From the NCBI GenBank assembly GCA_964016885.1, contig OZ024756.1, positions 31,062,001 through 31,126,000 on the forward strand: 64,000 bases of DNA, in the 5' to 3' direction. The notes under the pieces are model-generated. The model was not told the origin of the DNA. It ran no database searches and was given only the letters and a program-made list of their open reading frames with translations. This document shows positions 14,596 through 29,280 of the stretch, piece after piece. The position numbers and the translations under genes are program-made. Position 1 is the stretch's first letter; every line of letters begins with the position of its first letter. This DNA is from Eledone cirrhosa. Taxonomy: Eukaryota.

Positions 14596-16267
14596 ATAGA
14601 GAAATTAATGTAAGCAAGATCCCAACAGTAATTCAGACATATAAGTGACTATTACGTCAAGATGAAAAATATTTAACGTAAGATATGGGCAAATAATTTA
14701 ATCCCAATTCAAAACAAGTCAAGACCAGAAATTTTATCCACACATTTTGTGTAATCCGGGGAAAAAACCAATATAATCTTAACACAAAATAAAATTAAGA
14801 GTAAATACTTATCCGTCAATTTGGAAAAATCTACAAATGCACTAGTGAAATAGTCTTAAAAAGACTCTTTGACAAAACTGTTCAGTGGGGTTAGTCACGG
14901 TTGGAATCGTTCCTCAGTAGTGCTCAACAACGTTAACTAAGATTTAAATATGCCAAAGAGGAATTTAAAAGTAGGCTAGTCTAACCTCGTGTGGAATTGA
15001 ATTAATAAACACACATGGAGATATATATATATATGATTGACTCAACTGTTTCTTCAAACACTGTAGACGATGATATTTGCTATCGTATCAAATTGGACAT
15101 CTGAACGTCTAAGGTTAGTTTATTTACATTATATAGAATATTCATGGATGCCTAATAGATTTAATCTCATGAGAGAACATTTTGAAAGAAAATATTAAAT
15201 ATTCATGCCTGGAAAACTTCTGTACCTTCAGAAAATGTTATATCGTTTTAATTATTCATTTTATATTGTTGATGCAGTTGTTTGGCTCGAGAGCTTTTCT
15301 GAACTAACTGATCTATTGTCAAAGAGATACAGGCTGTAAAAGTTCCATGTCATTATTTAATCTTTCGGAATAGTATACTTCGTACATCATTATCCAACGT
15401 ATCACTTTTTTTAGAAACACGGTGGGGGTGTGATGCAACCCAGGATTTGATGATCCATGGTAAGATTCGTATAGCCGATTAAGTCACAAAATCAATTAGA
15501 ATTAAATGCACATGTGTTTACTTGTGCAATGATGCATGATGAAATTTATATTTAAAATAATTGTCTCTTACTCTATTACACAATTATATTTAGTGTTCAA
15601 CTCCGTTAAGCACAGCATGTTATAAACATATGAATTTTTTTCAAAATATGTTTCTATTTCTATTTTATGATTAACGTTTCTTTATGAATCTTTGGGGAAC
15701 ACCTTTTCAAATAAATAAACACTGCACTTTTTTGATTCAGAGTCTCATCTTGAGAGGTTCCAAGGTTCCAAGGATTGCTGGAATTTCGATAGCTAAACCA
15801 TAACATTCAGTTTCGTTTCCATCACTGAATTTATTTAATTACAACTTGATATTTCACTGAAACTAGATTTTGACTGTCTATTGTATTATTCTTCAGAATG
15901 TTCATTCATATTATTCATGTGACTTAGAGCCATCTTAATGATTATAGCGTAATTAGCAATTCATAAGCTTGTTTCCGTAGATATAATTGACAGCAGATAA
16001 TATAATGTTCTGAAACGAGATATATATATATTCATCTATTCCCTGAAGGATTTCGAAAGTTTTCATTCTAAGAAAACATCTACTAAACTTCTTAAAATAT
16101 AATGTGGATTACAGTCGTTGTTCAGCCTTATTCATAATTTATAACAGAATAAAAAAAAAATCCCGATGGTGTTGACGTTCCATCCGTGACCATCCCGTAT
16201 TTTATTCAGACATTCAATATCCATTGTGTCCTTCAGATTAAAAGTATTAACTATTACTGTAGTTATC

Positions 16268-16448
16268 TGCGGTGGATTGCCAGTATCCGTAGAGGGTCGG
16301 AGTCATTGAATTACGCCCCTTTACAGTCGGAGTTCAAATCCCGCCGAGGTTAACCTTGCCTTTCATCCTTACAGGGTCGATAAAATAAAGTGCCAGTAAT
16401 GCAGTGGTATAATTGCTGGCCTTGTGCCAGAAGTTGAAACAATTATTA
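16268..16448 (+). mobile_element. SINE family 1, full length
   Basis: gcggtggattgccagtatccgtagagggtcgg..gagttcaaatcccgccgaggttaaccttgcctttcatcc..ggccttgtgccagaagttgaaacaattatt. Confidence 0.9.
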
Positions 16449-16786
16449 TAATTATCTGCATTTCGGGAACTATACTTTCAAACATACACTGCGTTCTGTG
16501 CATTTCCTGCTAAAACATGCATCACATATCTACCGTGCTGGCATATTTATTTTTTCTTTACACAACATTAGGTTTTTCTCTAACATTCATTCAAGCAATA
16601 CATATTTTTTGTAGCAGTAAAAGCCTTTATACATGTGTGCACATGTTTATTCTTGCACATACACGCACAGATATATATACATATACATACACACAAAACA
16701 CACATACACGTGTATGTATACAGATAGGTAGATATAGATATATATTGATATGTATATATATATATATATAGATATATACATGAATG

Positions 16787-16901
<115 letters not shown>

Positions 16902-17115
16902 ATATACACATACATACATATGTGTGAATATGTATATATACATACAGACACAGGGCAGTATTGAGAAATTAAGGAAAATATTTTCTTTCGTATTTGTTGT
17001 AAAGTTTAACGCTTGCTAAACTAGAAATAACCATATTACTGATAACACTTGGAAAACACCTATCACCGTTAAGAAACCTTCACCTAAATTAACACAACTT
17101 TACAGAATATATACA

Positions 17116-17180
17116 TACCTTAACGTACCTGAACCTACCTGAATCTACCTGAACCTACCTGAACCTACCTGAGCATACCT
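17116..17180. repeat. 10-bp tandem repeat (tacctgaacc)n
   Basis: tacctgaacctacctgaatctacctgaacctacctgaacc. Confidence 0.85.
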
Positions 17181-17301
17181 TAACACTTTAGCATTTAAAC
17201 CGGCCATATCCGGCCAGAATTCTCTCACCTCTTTCTGTTCAAACTGATATCAAGTTATTGTTCCCAAAATAAATAATATTAAAATCTCATAGGTTTGATA
17301 T

Positions 17302-17622
<321 letters not shown>

Positions 17623-17635
17623 TTAAATTTAAGCA

Positions 17636-17760
17636 AAGATTAAAGTTTAAGCAAAGAATCGCTGCTTTCACACTTAACGGTTCTTATATAACTGATATAT
17701 ATTTATCCTTATCGAGTCCTCTTTGGATTTTAGTCTTCAAATTTATTATTATTACTATAT
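17636..17760. mobile_element. Family D copy
   Basis: gattaaagtttaagcaaagaatcgctgctttcacacttaacgg...tttggattttagtcttcaaatttattattattacta. Confidence 0.7.
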
Positions 17761-17782
17761 ATATCTATATCTATATATAAAT

Positions 17783-17965
17783 GAACAAGTAAGACCCCGA
17801 CGGCAGAGCTCAAGCCGTTTCGACGGCTAATTCTGGACCAAAATAATCGGCTTGAGCTCTGCCGTCGGGGTCTTACTTGTTCCTATTACCCACTCTACTA
17901 CCCTAAGTATTGAGTACTTTGGTGCGTTATGGTCCAACTGGTTCCTTACTACATTTCCTTCGTTA
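17783..17965 (+). mobile_element. Family C fold-back copy (arms 17783-17817/17848-17882 plus tail)
   Basis: gaacaagtaagaccccgacggcagagctcaagccg / cggcttgagctctgccgtcggggtcttacttgttc, then tail to ttccttcgtta(TA)n. Confidence 0.85.
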
Positions 17966-18306
17966 TATATATATATACCAGAATATGGATACAGTTAGAA
18001 ACTGGTTATACCATTACTCAACAGTCAGTGTGTATATATCCTGTGTGTCAGATAACATGGCTAGATGGTATGCATATGCATCTGTTCATTATTGTGTGCA
18101 TCTGTTTGACAGAATGCTACGATATTTTATTTAAGATAACGAGATGCAACAGTGCAGAGCCGAGTGTTGACGAGAGAAGCATTCACAGACATAAATAGAG
18201 CCAGCACAGTTAATATTTCTTCACTTACTGGAAATAATGTACAAAGGTACGTGCTACCCGAAATTTTAATCAATCCCTACTGTTATCAGAACTTATATTT
18301 ATTTTA

Positions 18307-18362
<56 letters not shown>

Positions 18363-18445
18363 TTTATTATTTTTACTATATATACATATATATATATATA
18401 CATATATATATATACATATATATATATACATACATATATATATAT

Positions 18446-18491
<46 letters not shown>

Positions 18492-18545
18492 ACACTTATA
18501 CATATATATAATACATATATATATATTTTTTTTTTTTATATGTTT

Positions 18546-18705
<160 letters not shown>

Positions 18706-20022
18706 TTTTCTATTTTTGTTTACGAGTTCATACTGAAAGCTAAGCTAAGCCTAAGCTCCCTTAACAATTTCATGCCATGAAGAATTTTCCTAGTTTTCCT
18801 GATGCAACAAGTTTTGTTTCTGTTTCAATGGATCGGAGCTTATATAGCCGCATAGCGCGAGTAAATTGGATTTTCTCTCAATACATAAAAATTTATGTCC
18901 CTTTTGCTCACTTATACGTGGCAATATCGGAAGGAACTCTCTATGTTGGCGCATGCGACAGATAAGATATAGTTACTGTCATTACAGAAAGAAAAAAGAA
19001 ATTCTCACTGAAAAACAATAACACAATAAGGACAATATAGAAATGAGTTATTTTTATTCTTTTGTTTTCATTTCCTTTCAATAGTATATCCTTTCCATTC
19101 ACAAAATATTTCCTGTCGGAAGATATATTGGAATGGCGTCGGCGACAGTAGAAATTGAAGTTAAGCAATCAAGAAAGATATAATCTAACGAACGCTTAAT
19201 GTTCTCTATCTATCGTCTATCACACGATATTGCTAACCATCAATCCAGCCAGTTACCAAACCAGCCAGCCAGCCTATCAGCGAGCCACCACCAAATTGAT
19301 ATATAAAAGATGGAGAGTTTAAAGTTATCTTTATGGAAATACATGCGATCAACATGACAATTGGGATTGAATATATATTTACAGAGTGCACAAGTTTCTG
19401 ATGAAGTAATAAACAGCTGGGATATCAGATTCTTCTTAACGACAAATTCTTTGAAACAAATCCCAGAATGGCACTAAACTGTCCGAATTGAGAATAACTT
19501 TTCATTAAAAAGACACTCATGTAAGTTAGGGGAAGTTTCAGAAATAACTTTCTAAGAAAAGAGATCAGCAAAATATACCGATGATAATGAAGGCAAAGGA
19601 ATATTAACCCGAGCAATAGTCACTTAACCGAAGATCATGCCTTGAATATAAATGGTAAATACATTAATACATTAGTAAGATACCAGTTGGTATGACTATA
19701 AATCTATTAGAAGCACCATGAACCGCCATATTGCGTCTGTTGGGGGAAATTTAAGCTGGACATGGAGATGGGCATGTAGATAGAAGTATTTATGAGAGTG
19801 GCCTCTGCAAATGTTACTAACAAGTTTCAAGTGAACCGGCGGTTATTGGAGAAGCCACTTGCTCACACAGCTACACATATGAAGCGACCCTGAAATCACA
19901 CAACCACACCTTCTTCTATGCAGAATTACAGTAAACAAGAACCTTCCTCTCTATCATCAAGTAATTTCACTACAGCTAGAGATAATCCCCATTTATTTAT
20001 ATGTGTAAATATACATATATAT

Positions 20023-20091
<69 letters not shown>

Positions 20092-20289
20092 TAGATATAG
20101 ATATATACATGTATGTGTTTGTATGTCTGTGTGTGTGTGTGTGTGTATAAATATAGTAATAATATAAAATGTGAAGACTAAAATCCGAAGAGGGCTCGTA
20201 AGGATTATAGATATAAAAAAATATATATATATGACTGCAATGACTGAATTTTAACCATCTACTTTGTCAAGGTATGTCAAGCATCATCT

Positions 20290-20356
20290 TATTTTATCTG
20301 ATGAGGAGGTACTGTTAAAGATAGCTCAGAACCTCTGAAATATGTATAATAAAATA
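20290..20356 (+). ncRNA. Type I hammerhead ribozyme motif in a solitary element (~20232-20500) next to (TA)n
   Basis: tattttat CTGATGA ggaggtactgttaaagatagctcagaacctct GAAA tatgta TA ataaaata. 8-bp stem I, stem II ggaggt/acctct. Confidence 0.85.
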
Positions 20357-20658
20357 TACTTCATCACACGAATGTCTATATTTGTTAATATTTTGAATTA
20401 ATATTAATAACTCCGGAAAACCATCACTGTGTAGTGCTTCTAATCTATTGTAAAACTGTATTCATTGATTTGTTCATTGAACCTTGTTTAAACCTTTAAA
20501 TATATATTTATATATAATTCAGCTAGAATCGTATTTCGGCTGGTAGAAAAAGCGAAACGAAACGCAAAATCGTAGAAATGGTGGGAAGCGCTCAATAGTT
20601 AAAAAACTAGAGCTAAACAATATGTTAAAACGCCATACAAACTAAAAAAGTGGTTAAG

Positions 20659-20741
<83 letters not shown>

Positions 20742-22047
20742 GAAAGACAGAGAAAGTCAAAGAATTTGGAAACGTATAGAATATGTAGAAAATGAGTGGT
20801 ATAGGGAGATAACACCAGTTTAAGACGAGAAGGTGACGAATAAACTGAAATATCTCAAATATATATAAATATTTATATATATTTTTTAATTAGTTTCTCC
20901 GGAACTTCAGCCCATGTCCTATAATTTATAGCCGATACATGATAAATACAACTACTGAGGGGAGTTAACTCTATTGGACGTTGTTTTCATATCGGATAAA
21001 CGTATCTCATGTATTCAGAAGTTGTCGTTATTTATGTTATCGCCTCGTAAATTACTTACCTCTTTTAAAACATCTGTAATTCGATATCTCACGTTGAATA
21101 TCGTTGAAACGAGATTTTCTCGAAAGTTAAGAGAAGTTTCTATTACCTAATATACTATCTGTCATGATACAATATATTCTAACTCAGTTATATATATGTC
21201 AATACTATGTTCAATTTCTCTTGTAAACGCATTTTTGGTGTTGATATTGTTGTTGTTGGTAATGGTGGTGGTAGTGGTGGTGGTAGTGGTGGTGATGGTG
21301 ATGATGGTGGTGAGGTTGGTAGTGGCTGTGGGGAGTCTGTTTTTGTTATTGTTGTTCTTATATGTGTAATATCGGTGATAAATCCAAATAAACTTCAACA
21401 TCGTATAGAAGTTTCGTATTAAGTTCTGTTTTTAACCCCCCCCCATTCTCTATCTCCCTTGCTCTCTCTCTCTTTATCTCTTTATCTCTTTATCTCTCTT
21501 CCTCTCTCTCTCTCTCTCTCTATCTATCTCTCTCTTTCTCCTTTTGTCTCTCACTCACTCAATACAATTTTAAAATGGCTGAATGTGAGAGACTTGGTTT
21601 TGTAATATGGTGTGCATGAATAAGAAGTCATATTTGGTTGAATTATTGTGCATCTCTCTTTGAGATAATGAACGAATGTCCAGAGAGAATATATCTAGTG
21701 ACATTTATCATTTAATTCTAAAAGATCAGGAGATATATTTATATATTATACATTCTGACGATGTACAAAAGAAAATGTGGCTTTGTCTTATTCTTTTCAG
21801 ACTGTTTCAGAGAGCGAATTGTTCAAGCTATTACAGTGTCGGTTTAACGGAAATGAGCCGATCAAACCAAGAAAACAATACTTTCGTTAGTTTTTCCATT
21901 GCTGATACTATCTATCACAAATCTGTCATCGGTTTAAGTGAATCCGTATTTATTCCGGTTCTCTACGCTGCGACCCTAGCTCAAATATTACCAAAGTAAA
22001 TTTTGCCTTCCGTCATTTCGGAGTCGATAAATGAATTATCAATCCAT

Positions 22048-22440
22048 GGTTGGTAAATTGGAGGGAATCGTTAAAGAGTTGAACAGAAAGCTTTGCACTA
22101 TATGCGTTCCTGGGTTTAAATCTGGGTTTAAAGCCTTGCACTATGTGCGTTCTGGGTTTAAATATTTGCACTATATGCGTTTCTGGGTTTAAATCTAGGT
22201 TTAAAGCCTTGCACTATGTGCGTTCTGGGTTTAAATCTGGGTTTAAAGCTTTGCACTATGTGCGTTCTGGGTTTAAACCTGGGTTTAAAGCTTTGCACTA
22301 TGTGCGTTCTGGGTTTAAACCTGGGTTTAAAGCTTTGCACTATGTGCGTTCTGGGTTTAAACCTGTGTTTAAAGCTTTGCCCCATGTGCGTTCTGGATTT
22401 AAAGCTTTGTTCTATGTGCGTTCTGGGTTTAAATCCCGCC
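22048..22440 (+). repeat. ~39-bp minisatellite expanded inside a SINE family 1 head
   Basis: (aaagctttgcactatgtgcgttctgggtttaaacctgggttt)n begins after ggtaaattggagggaatcgttaaag and ends in ttaaatcccgcc. Confidence 0.85.
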
Positions 22441-22597
22441 TTCTTCTGATTCTAGAAATGAGTTGACGTCTGTAGGTGTGACCGACTAACAGATAATATC
22501 ATCGATTGAAACAGCAATTGAAAAATGTATTTCTTTGATCCAATCTAAAGATCAGCTCCTCCCTTTTCAATTACTCCCAATTATATAATAGACATTA

Positions 22598-22660
<63 letters not shown>

Positions 22661-22668
22661 GTGTGTGT

Positions 22669-22705
<37 letters not shown>

Positions 22706-22920
22706 GGCGTGTGGCTGAGTGGTTAGAGAATTGGATTCACAATCTTGAGGTTGTGAGTTCGATTCCTGGACCGGGCGATGCGTTATGTCCTTGAGCAAGA
22801 CACTTTATTTCACGTTGCTCCTTCTACCTGGAGTTGCGACCGATAGATAGTACTAGCAACTGGAAAAACCAACGGAAACATTGTTTCCTCGGTCCGATTT
22901 GACGAAAGTCGATCGATCCC
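22706..22920 (+). mobile_element. SINE family 2 (tRNA head plus CORE-like tgtccttgagcaagacactt)
   Basis: ggcgtgtggctgagtggttagag (A box), gagttcgattcc (B box), gtccttgagcaagacactttatttcacgttgctcc, shared 3' region. Confidence 0.9.
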
Positions 22921-23294
22921 CCCCCCCCCCCCAAAAAAAAAAATATATATATATTTCTTGTTTGTGCTGCACACTCATTACATTAAGAAGAGTACACTCG
23001 CAATATACTAGAAGCAACCACAATACATAAAACTGCACATATCCAATACAATACACACGTAACTCTTCTAGGCAATGGTGTGTCAGCATGTAATAAAAAT
23101 AAGGCAACAGAATCTTAACAACAACAATAACAATAATAGCAATAGAAGCATGCGTTTGATATGTTATGAAGGATATTATGAGACACATTAGGTAATATTT
23201 GTGGTATCAAATATTCTTGGCTCACTCTCTTCTAATTGATGGCAGCTGATTGCATTAGAAATATTACAGTGTGTGTCAACATTAAGATGACATT

Positions 23295-24590
23295 AAAACA
23301 TACAGACACACATACACATATATACAGACATACACACATATACAGACATACACACATATACAGACACACAAACACATATATACTCACATATACACACACA
23401 CAAAAACATATACAGGCACACATGCACATGTACACAGACAGACAGACATACACATATACAGACATGCACGCATATACAGACACATATACACACACATATA
23501 CACACACACACATATACACACACACAAAAACATATACAGGCACACATGCACACAGACATACACGCATATACAGACACACAAACACATACACACACACACA
23601 CACACACAGACATACACGCATATACAGACACACAAACACATACATACACACACACATATACACACCCACACATACACACAAAAAACATATACAGACACAC
23701 ATGCACACGTACATATGCACACATACATACACATATACAGACATACACGTATATACAGACACACAAACACATATATACTCACACAATATACACACACACA
23801 CATACAAATATACAGACATACACACACATATACAGACACACATGCAGACATACACAGGCACACATACACACGTTTAGACACATGCACACATAAACATACA
23901 CACACACATATACACGTTTAGACAGAGACACATAAACATACACAGATATTCGCATATACACAAATACACATACACATACATACACAAATACACATACGCA
24001 CACACATACACATAGACACACATACACAAACGTTTAGACACAGACACAGTGGTGGTGGCAGTAATAGTGGTGGTTGTGGTGGTGGTGGTGGTGTTAGATG
24101 TGGATGGGATGGTGGTAGTAGTGGTGGTAGTATTGGTGGTAGTAGTAGTGGTAGTAGTGGTAGTAGTGGTAGTAGTGGTGATAGTAATGGTCGTAGTAGT
24201 GGTGGTAGTAATGGTGGTAGTAGTGGTGGTAGTAATGGTGGTAGTAGTGGTGGTGTTAAATGTGGATGGGATGGTGGTAGTAGTGTTGGTAGTAGTAGTG
24301 GTAGTAGTGGTGGTAGTAACGGTGTTAGTAATGGTGGTAGTAATTGTGGTAGTAATGGTGGTAGTAACGGTGGTAGTAGTGGTGGTATTAATAGAGGTTG
24401 TAGTGGTGGTAGTAATGGTGGTAGTAATAGAGGTAGTAGTGGTGGTAGTAACGGTGATGGTAGTGGTGGTAGTAATGGTAGTAGTAGTGGTGGTAGTAAT
24501 AGAGGTAGTAGTGGTTGTAGTAATGGTAGTAGTAGTGGTGGTTGTAATAGAGGTAGTAACGGTGGTAGTAGTGGTGGTAGTAATGGCGGT
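23295..24590. repeat. Compound CA/TA microsatellite followed by (GGT/AGT)n trinucleotide low-complexity tract
   Basis: Direct inspection. Source of spurious poly-T/V/LP ORFs. Confidence 0.9.
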
Positions 24591-25109
24591 GTCAGCAATC
24601 AACTGCTGTTCTGTTTAGTATATAGTATGTGTCAACAGGAAAGTTTTATTATGGAGATCATTATTAAGGCCGATGCAATATTTCCTTTCAAAGTATTAAG
24701 ATGAAACGATAATGTTTGTTTGGTTGGTTGGTAACATTACCGAAGAAGAAAATATGATGACGATAGCAAACAGGTTATAAATGAAGCAAACATCAAAGGG
24801 AAGATGAACGATATCACAAGAAATTAGTTTACCACTATATGTTAAGGAGTTAAGGTGTTTGAAGAATTATAGCTAAGGAGTTATTGAGACAAAGTTCATG
24901 ATAAACGGGTACTGTAACCCTTTTCATCCAATATTACTAATGAAAAGCATTGGCTGTAATTTTAAAATAATTTTGAAAATAATGAAGAATTTTGGAATGG
25001 TTTAATAGTATAACTAATTTTTTTTTTTTTTTTCATTATGTTGGTGTTTGGAATATAATTTGAGTATTTTGTTACCATATTTCTAATGAAATAGATAAAT
25101 AGATCGATC

Positions 25110-25146
<37 letters not shown>

Positions 25147-25147
25147 T

Positions 25148-25221
<74 letters not shown>

Positions 25222-25225
<4 letters not shown>

Positions 25226-25550
25226 TCTTTCTTTATTTGCCACAGGGGCGTACAAAATTGGGACATTACAAGACGTGACGGGGGGGGGGTACATAAAAAT
25301 AACTTTAACATTAATAAATAATAAACTATATATAATAAAATAACAATTGAAATCCCCAATAGGGGGAAACGTTACTGAAGGGTTGTTTTACACCCTAGAT
25401 AGATAGATAGATATGTTTCTTTATTAGCCAGAGGGGCACAAAAGAAGGGGACAAATACAAAGGGGGAAGTTTACATACAATAAAAACGTGTAAAATATTA
25501 TAGATATATTTCTTTATTAGCCACAGGGGCACAAAAGAAGGGGACAAATT
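25222..25550 (-). mobile_element. Three short LINE-like 3' ends embedded in (GATA)n
   Basis: Minus strand ttgtcccc..gcccctgtggctAATAAAgaaa followed by TATC(TATC)n at ~25222, ~25411 and ~25503. Confidence 0.6.
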
Positions 25551-25605
<55 letters not shown>

Positions 25606-25694
25606 TAGATACATAGATATAGATACATAGATATAGATAGATAGGTAGGTAGGTAGAGAAATAGATAGGTAGGTAGGTATATATATATATATAT

Positions 25695-25867
25695 AACGAA
25701 GAATGTGTGGTAAGGAACCAGGTGGACCATAACGCACCAGAGTACTCGATACTTAGGGTAGTAGAGTGGGTAATAGGAAGAGAATCAGGACCCTGACGGC
25801 TTAGCTACGGCCATTTCGACAGCTAGATCGAAACGGCCGGAGCTCAGCCATCGGGGTGATGACACTC

Positions 25868-25870
<3 letters not shown>
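25695..25870 (-). mobile_element. Family C diverged fold-back copy
   Basis: aacgaagaatgtgtggtaaggaacc..gaagag..ccctgacggc..ttcga cagctaga tcgaaacggcc..cggggt..ctcttc, between (TA)n. Confidence 0.8.
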
Positions 25871-25899
<29 letters not shown>

Positions 25900-25903
<4 letters not shown>

Positions 25904-26097
25904 AAAAAGTATGACCCCGACGGCAGAGCTGAAGCCGTTTCGACGGCCATTTCTGGACTCCAGAAATAGCCGTCGAAACGGCTTGAGCTCTGTCGTCGGG
26001 GTCATACTTTTTTCCTATTTCCCACTCTACTACCCTAAATATTGAGTACTCTGGTGCGTTATGGTCCATCTGGTTCCTTACCACAATTCCTTTGTTA
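25900..26097 (+). mobile_element. Family C fold-back copy (palindrome 25900-26016 centred at tctgga-c-tccaga, plus tail)
   Basis: aggaaaaagtatgaccccgacgg..tttctggactccagaaa..gtcggggtcatacttttttccta then tttcccactctactaccc.. Confidence 0.85.
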
Positions 26098-26105
26098 TAT
26101 AAAAG

Positions 26106-26318
26106 GAACGATCGACTTTCGTCAAATCCGACCGAGGGAACAATGTTTCCGTTGGTCTTTCCAATTGCTAATACTATCTATCGGTCGCAACTCCAGGTAG
26201 AAGGAGCAACGTAAAATAAAGTGTCTTGCTCAGGGACATAACGCATCGCCTGGTCCAGGAATCGAACTCACAACCTTACGATTGCGAATCCAATTCTCTA
26301 ATCACTCAGCCACACGCC
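26106..26318 (-). mobile_element. SINE family 2, full length
   Basis: Reverse complement of the 22706-22920 sequence. Confidence 0.9.
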
Positions 26319-26327
26319 TACACTTTG

Positions 26328-26382
<55 letters not shown>

Positions 26383-27641
26383 TTTATAGATAGATACGTT
26401 GATAAATAGATAGATAGATTTGAAAGATTAGATAGACATAGTTAAAGTTCACGCGTTACATTCTTCCAGTATCCCTTGATACATTCACAAACATTGATCA
26501 GTCAAACTAAAGCTGAAGCTAAATAGTTTAGATGTTTAAATAACCGTTAGCATTATTTATATATGACATCATAGTGTGGAAGACGGAAGTTAGTTAGAAG
26601 GTTTTAGTTAATAATTCCCCAAACGTCTTGTGACTCAATCTACTACGCAGTAACAGCATTAGTAGTTATAGTTGTCATTATTGTTGTTCCTGTTGTTCTT
26701 GTTATTGTTATCGGTGTAGTACACTGACAGTATCACTGTTGATGGATGGCCATTAAAAATGTGTTCCTCTTTGCTAAGGATTCGGCGAATTTCCAATGCT
26801 AATGCAATTTGTCATGCAGATCGACAAACACAGGTATTAAATCTTCCGTTCTTTAACAGAGCCTGGATATTTATTTATAGAATCTTCTATGTTCTATGTC
26901 CTATGTTGTATGTTCTCTAAAGTGGTGTAAGAGGAATAAAGAGGGAGAAATAAAGAGAGCGAGTAAAACAATTCCTTTCTGATCTAATTCCTTCCTTCGT
27001 CTTATTCTGACATCGCTGTTGAGATAATTGGTATGATGTACGACTTACTATCATATGATTTAACTTACAAGCTGTAAAACGGAGCTGAAAGAGTTAGAGG
27101 AGGAGTGAGTAAGGAAAAGAGAGAGTGAGAGTTAGAGTGAGGGGTGGGGGAGAAAAAGAGAGAAAGCGAAAAAGAGAGGGTGAAAGAATGAAAGTGTCGA
27201 TATTTCATTGCAGTACTCTAGTGTCCATCTATTTATCTATCCATCTATGTTCCTTCCATCTAATTTATCACACATCCACCCAACCATCATGCTATTCAAA
27301 CACATGACCATCCAGCCATCCAGTCATCATGATATTCAAACACATGCCCAGCCAGCCATCCAGCCAGCCAGCCATCCAGCCATTCAGTTATCCTCTTTGC
27401 CATTCACCCATTCAAGTATTTATCCACTCATCCAACCAGCTTTCTCGCTAACTATCTATCAATCTAGTCAGATACCAACCAACTGTCCAGCCAGTCTTTC
27501 AACTATTCAACCATTGATCTTGCATTGCATTTTACTTTCCCTCCAAAAAGTCATGCTTTGACCCCTTCATTCGTCCATCCATCCAACTATCATCTAATCA
27601 TTGCAAAAGAACATCTGAGAAAACAAAACCACAGCGTTCGA

Positions 27642-27722
<81 letters not shown>

Positions 27723-28564
27723 CGTATATATATATGTATATATATATACGTATTTATATATGTATATATATATACGTATTTATATATGTATATATATATA
27801 CGTATTTATATATGTATATACATATATATGTGAAATTGTATTCGTATATATATATATATATATATATATACACGAATACCATTTCACATGTATATATATA
27901 TATAAACATATGTATATATATATAAATATATACATATATAAATACGCATGTATATATATACACGTGTATATATATACACGTGAAATGGCCGGTTGATGTC
28001 TAAATATTGACGAAAATAAAAGAAACAATTTTGTTTTCATTTTCCGGAATAGCTCACGGACGAAAGCGTATAAAAATCAATATACATAAAGGAAAAAATA
28101 AATGTACTAGACACAGTTTTATCTTTACGAGTCTATTGGATTATTAATGTTTTATTAATTTTTAATGTTTTAAAAGTTTCTTCAGGATTTTCGTTTCTTC
28201 TACTTTGTGTGCATGACCCTAAGTAACTGAGTACATTTTTCAACTTCTTTTCTAACTTGCATAACGCTCTTTAAAATCAAATATTATAATTCGATTCACA
28301 TCGGTGATGCTGTACAGAAATATTACATCGACATCATTACATTGTTTTATCGACCGAGAAAGAGATGAAAGCTAAAATTGATCTAAGTTGACCTCGGTCA
28401 GATTTGAAAACTTTACATACAGTGCCGTACCAAAACACCACACATATGTTAACCTTTGGTGAATCAAATCTGCTCCCACATCTCCATCTATTTTTATGTT
28501 CTTTCTAGCATCAAACTATTTTTCTTTTATTATAAATAGCTCCATGTTTGTAATTAAAACTTTC

Positions 28565-29045
28565 TATGTTTGTATCTAAGCTATATATTATAGGTTATAT
28601 TTTGGTTATCAGCCAAATCGTATGCATGTTGTATCTTAGCTGTATTTTATATTTTAGACATTAGCCAAATCTCATAAAGGTTGTCTCTTAGCCATATTTT
28701 ATTTTGTAGCCATCAGCTAGATCTTACGCAGGTTGTATCTTAGCCATATTTTACTTTTTAGCCATCAAATAAATCAAATGCAGGTATCTCAGTCAGTAAT
28801 ACACTGGGATAATTGCTGGTCTTGTGTCAAAAGCAGAAACAATTATTTTGTAACCACGTTTCTTATGCAATTCCATAACTCATGTGTTCCAGGTTATTAT
28901 AAAAATATTAAAGAATTTGGATGATCGTATGCGGGTTGTATCTTAGGCCTATTTTCTTTTTTTAGCCATCAGCTAGATCGTATGTAGATTGTATCTCATC
29001 TATATGTTATTTACTCGGTCATGAACCAGATCGTTTGCAGCTTGT
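28565..29045. repeat. ~55-bp diverged minisatellite (ggttgtatcttagccatatttt..tagccatcagctagatcgtatgc), interrupted by a SINE-end insert at ~28790-28924
   Basis: ttgtatct(t/a)ag unit start recurs at ~28571, 28629, 28681, 28732, 28936, 28989. Confidence 0.75.
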
Positions 29046-29105
29046 TGCTCGCAAACTTGAAAAATATCTTCATCAAAGATGTCTGCGTATATATATTTAC
29101 ATATG

Positions 29106-29245
<140 letters not shown>

Positions 29246-29280
29246 CATATATACATATATATATATATACATATATATAT

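Noticed and set aside
14860-14925. Minus-strand CTGAGGA..GAAC in the repeat starting at 14592
   Set aside because: Stem I partners do not pair and GAAA is absent.
17180-17250. ttaacactttagcatttaaacggccatatccggcc, a possible TTAA (piggyBac-like) MITE end
   Set aside because: No matching opposite TIR found nearby.
19398-19425. CTGATGA agtaat aaacagctg
   Set aside because: Lacks GAAA and stem II, so at best a decayed relic.
22706-22780. tRNA-like sequences (also SINE1 heads)
   Set aside because: A/B boxes continue into SINE bodies in many diverged copies, so these are not functional tRNA genes.
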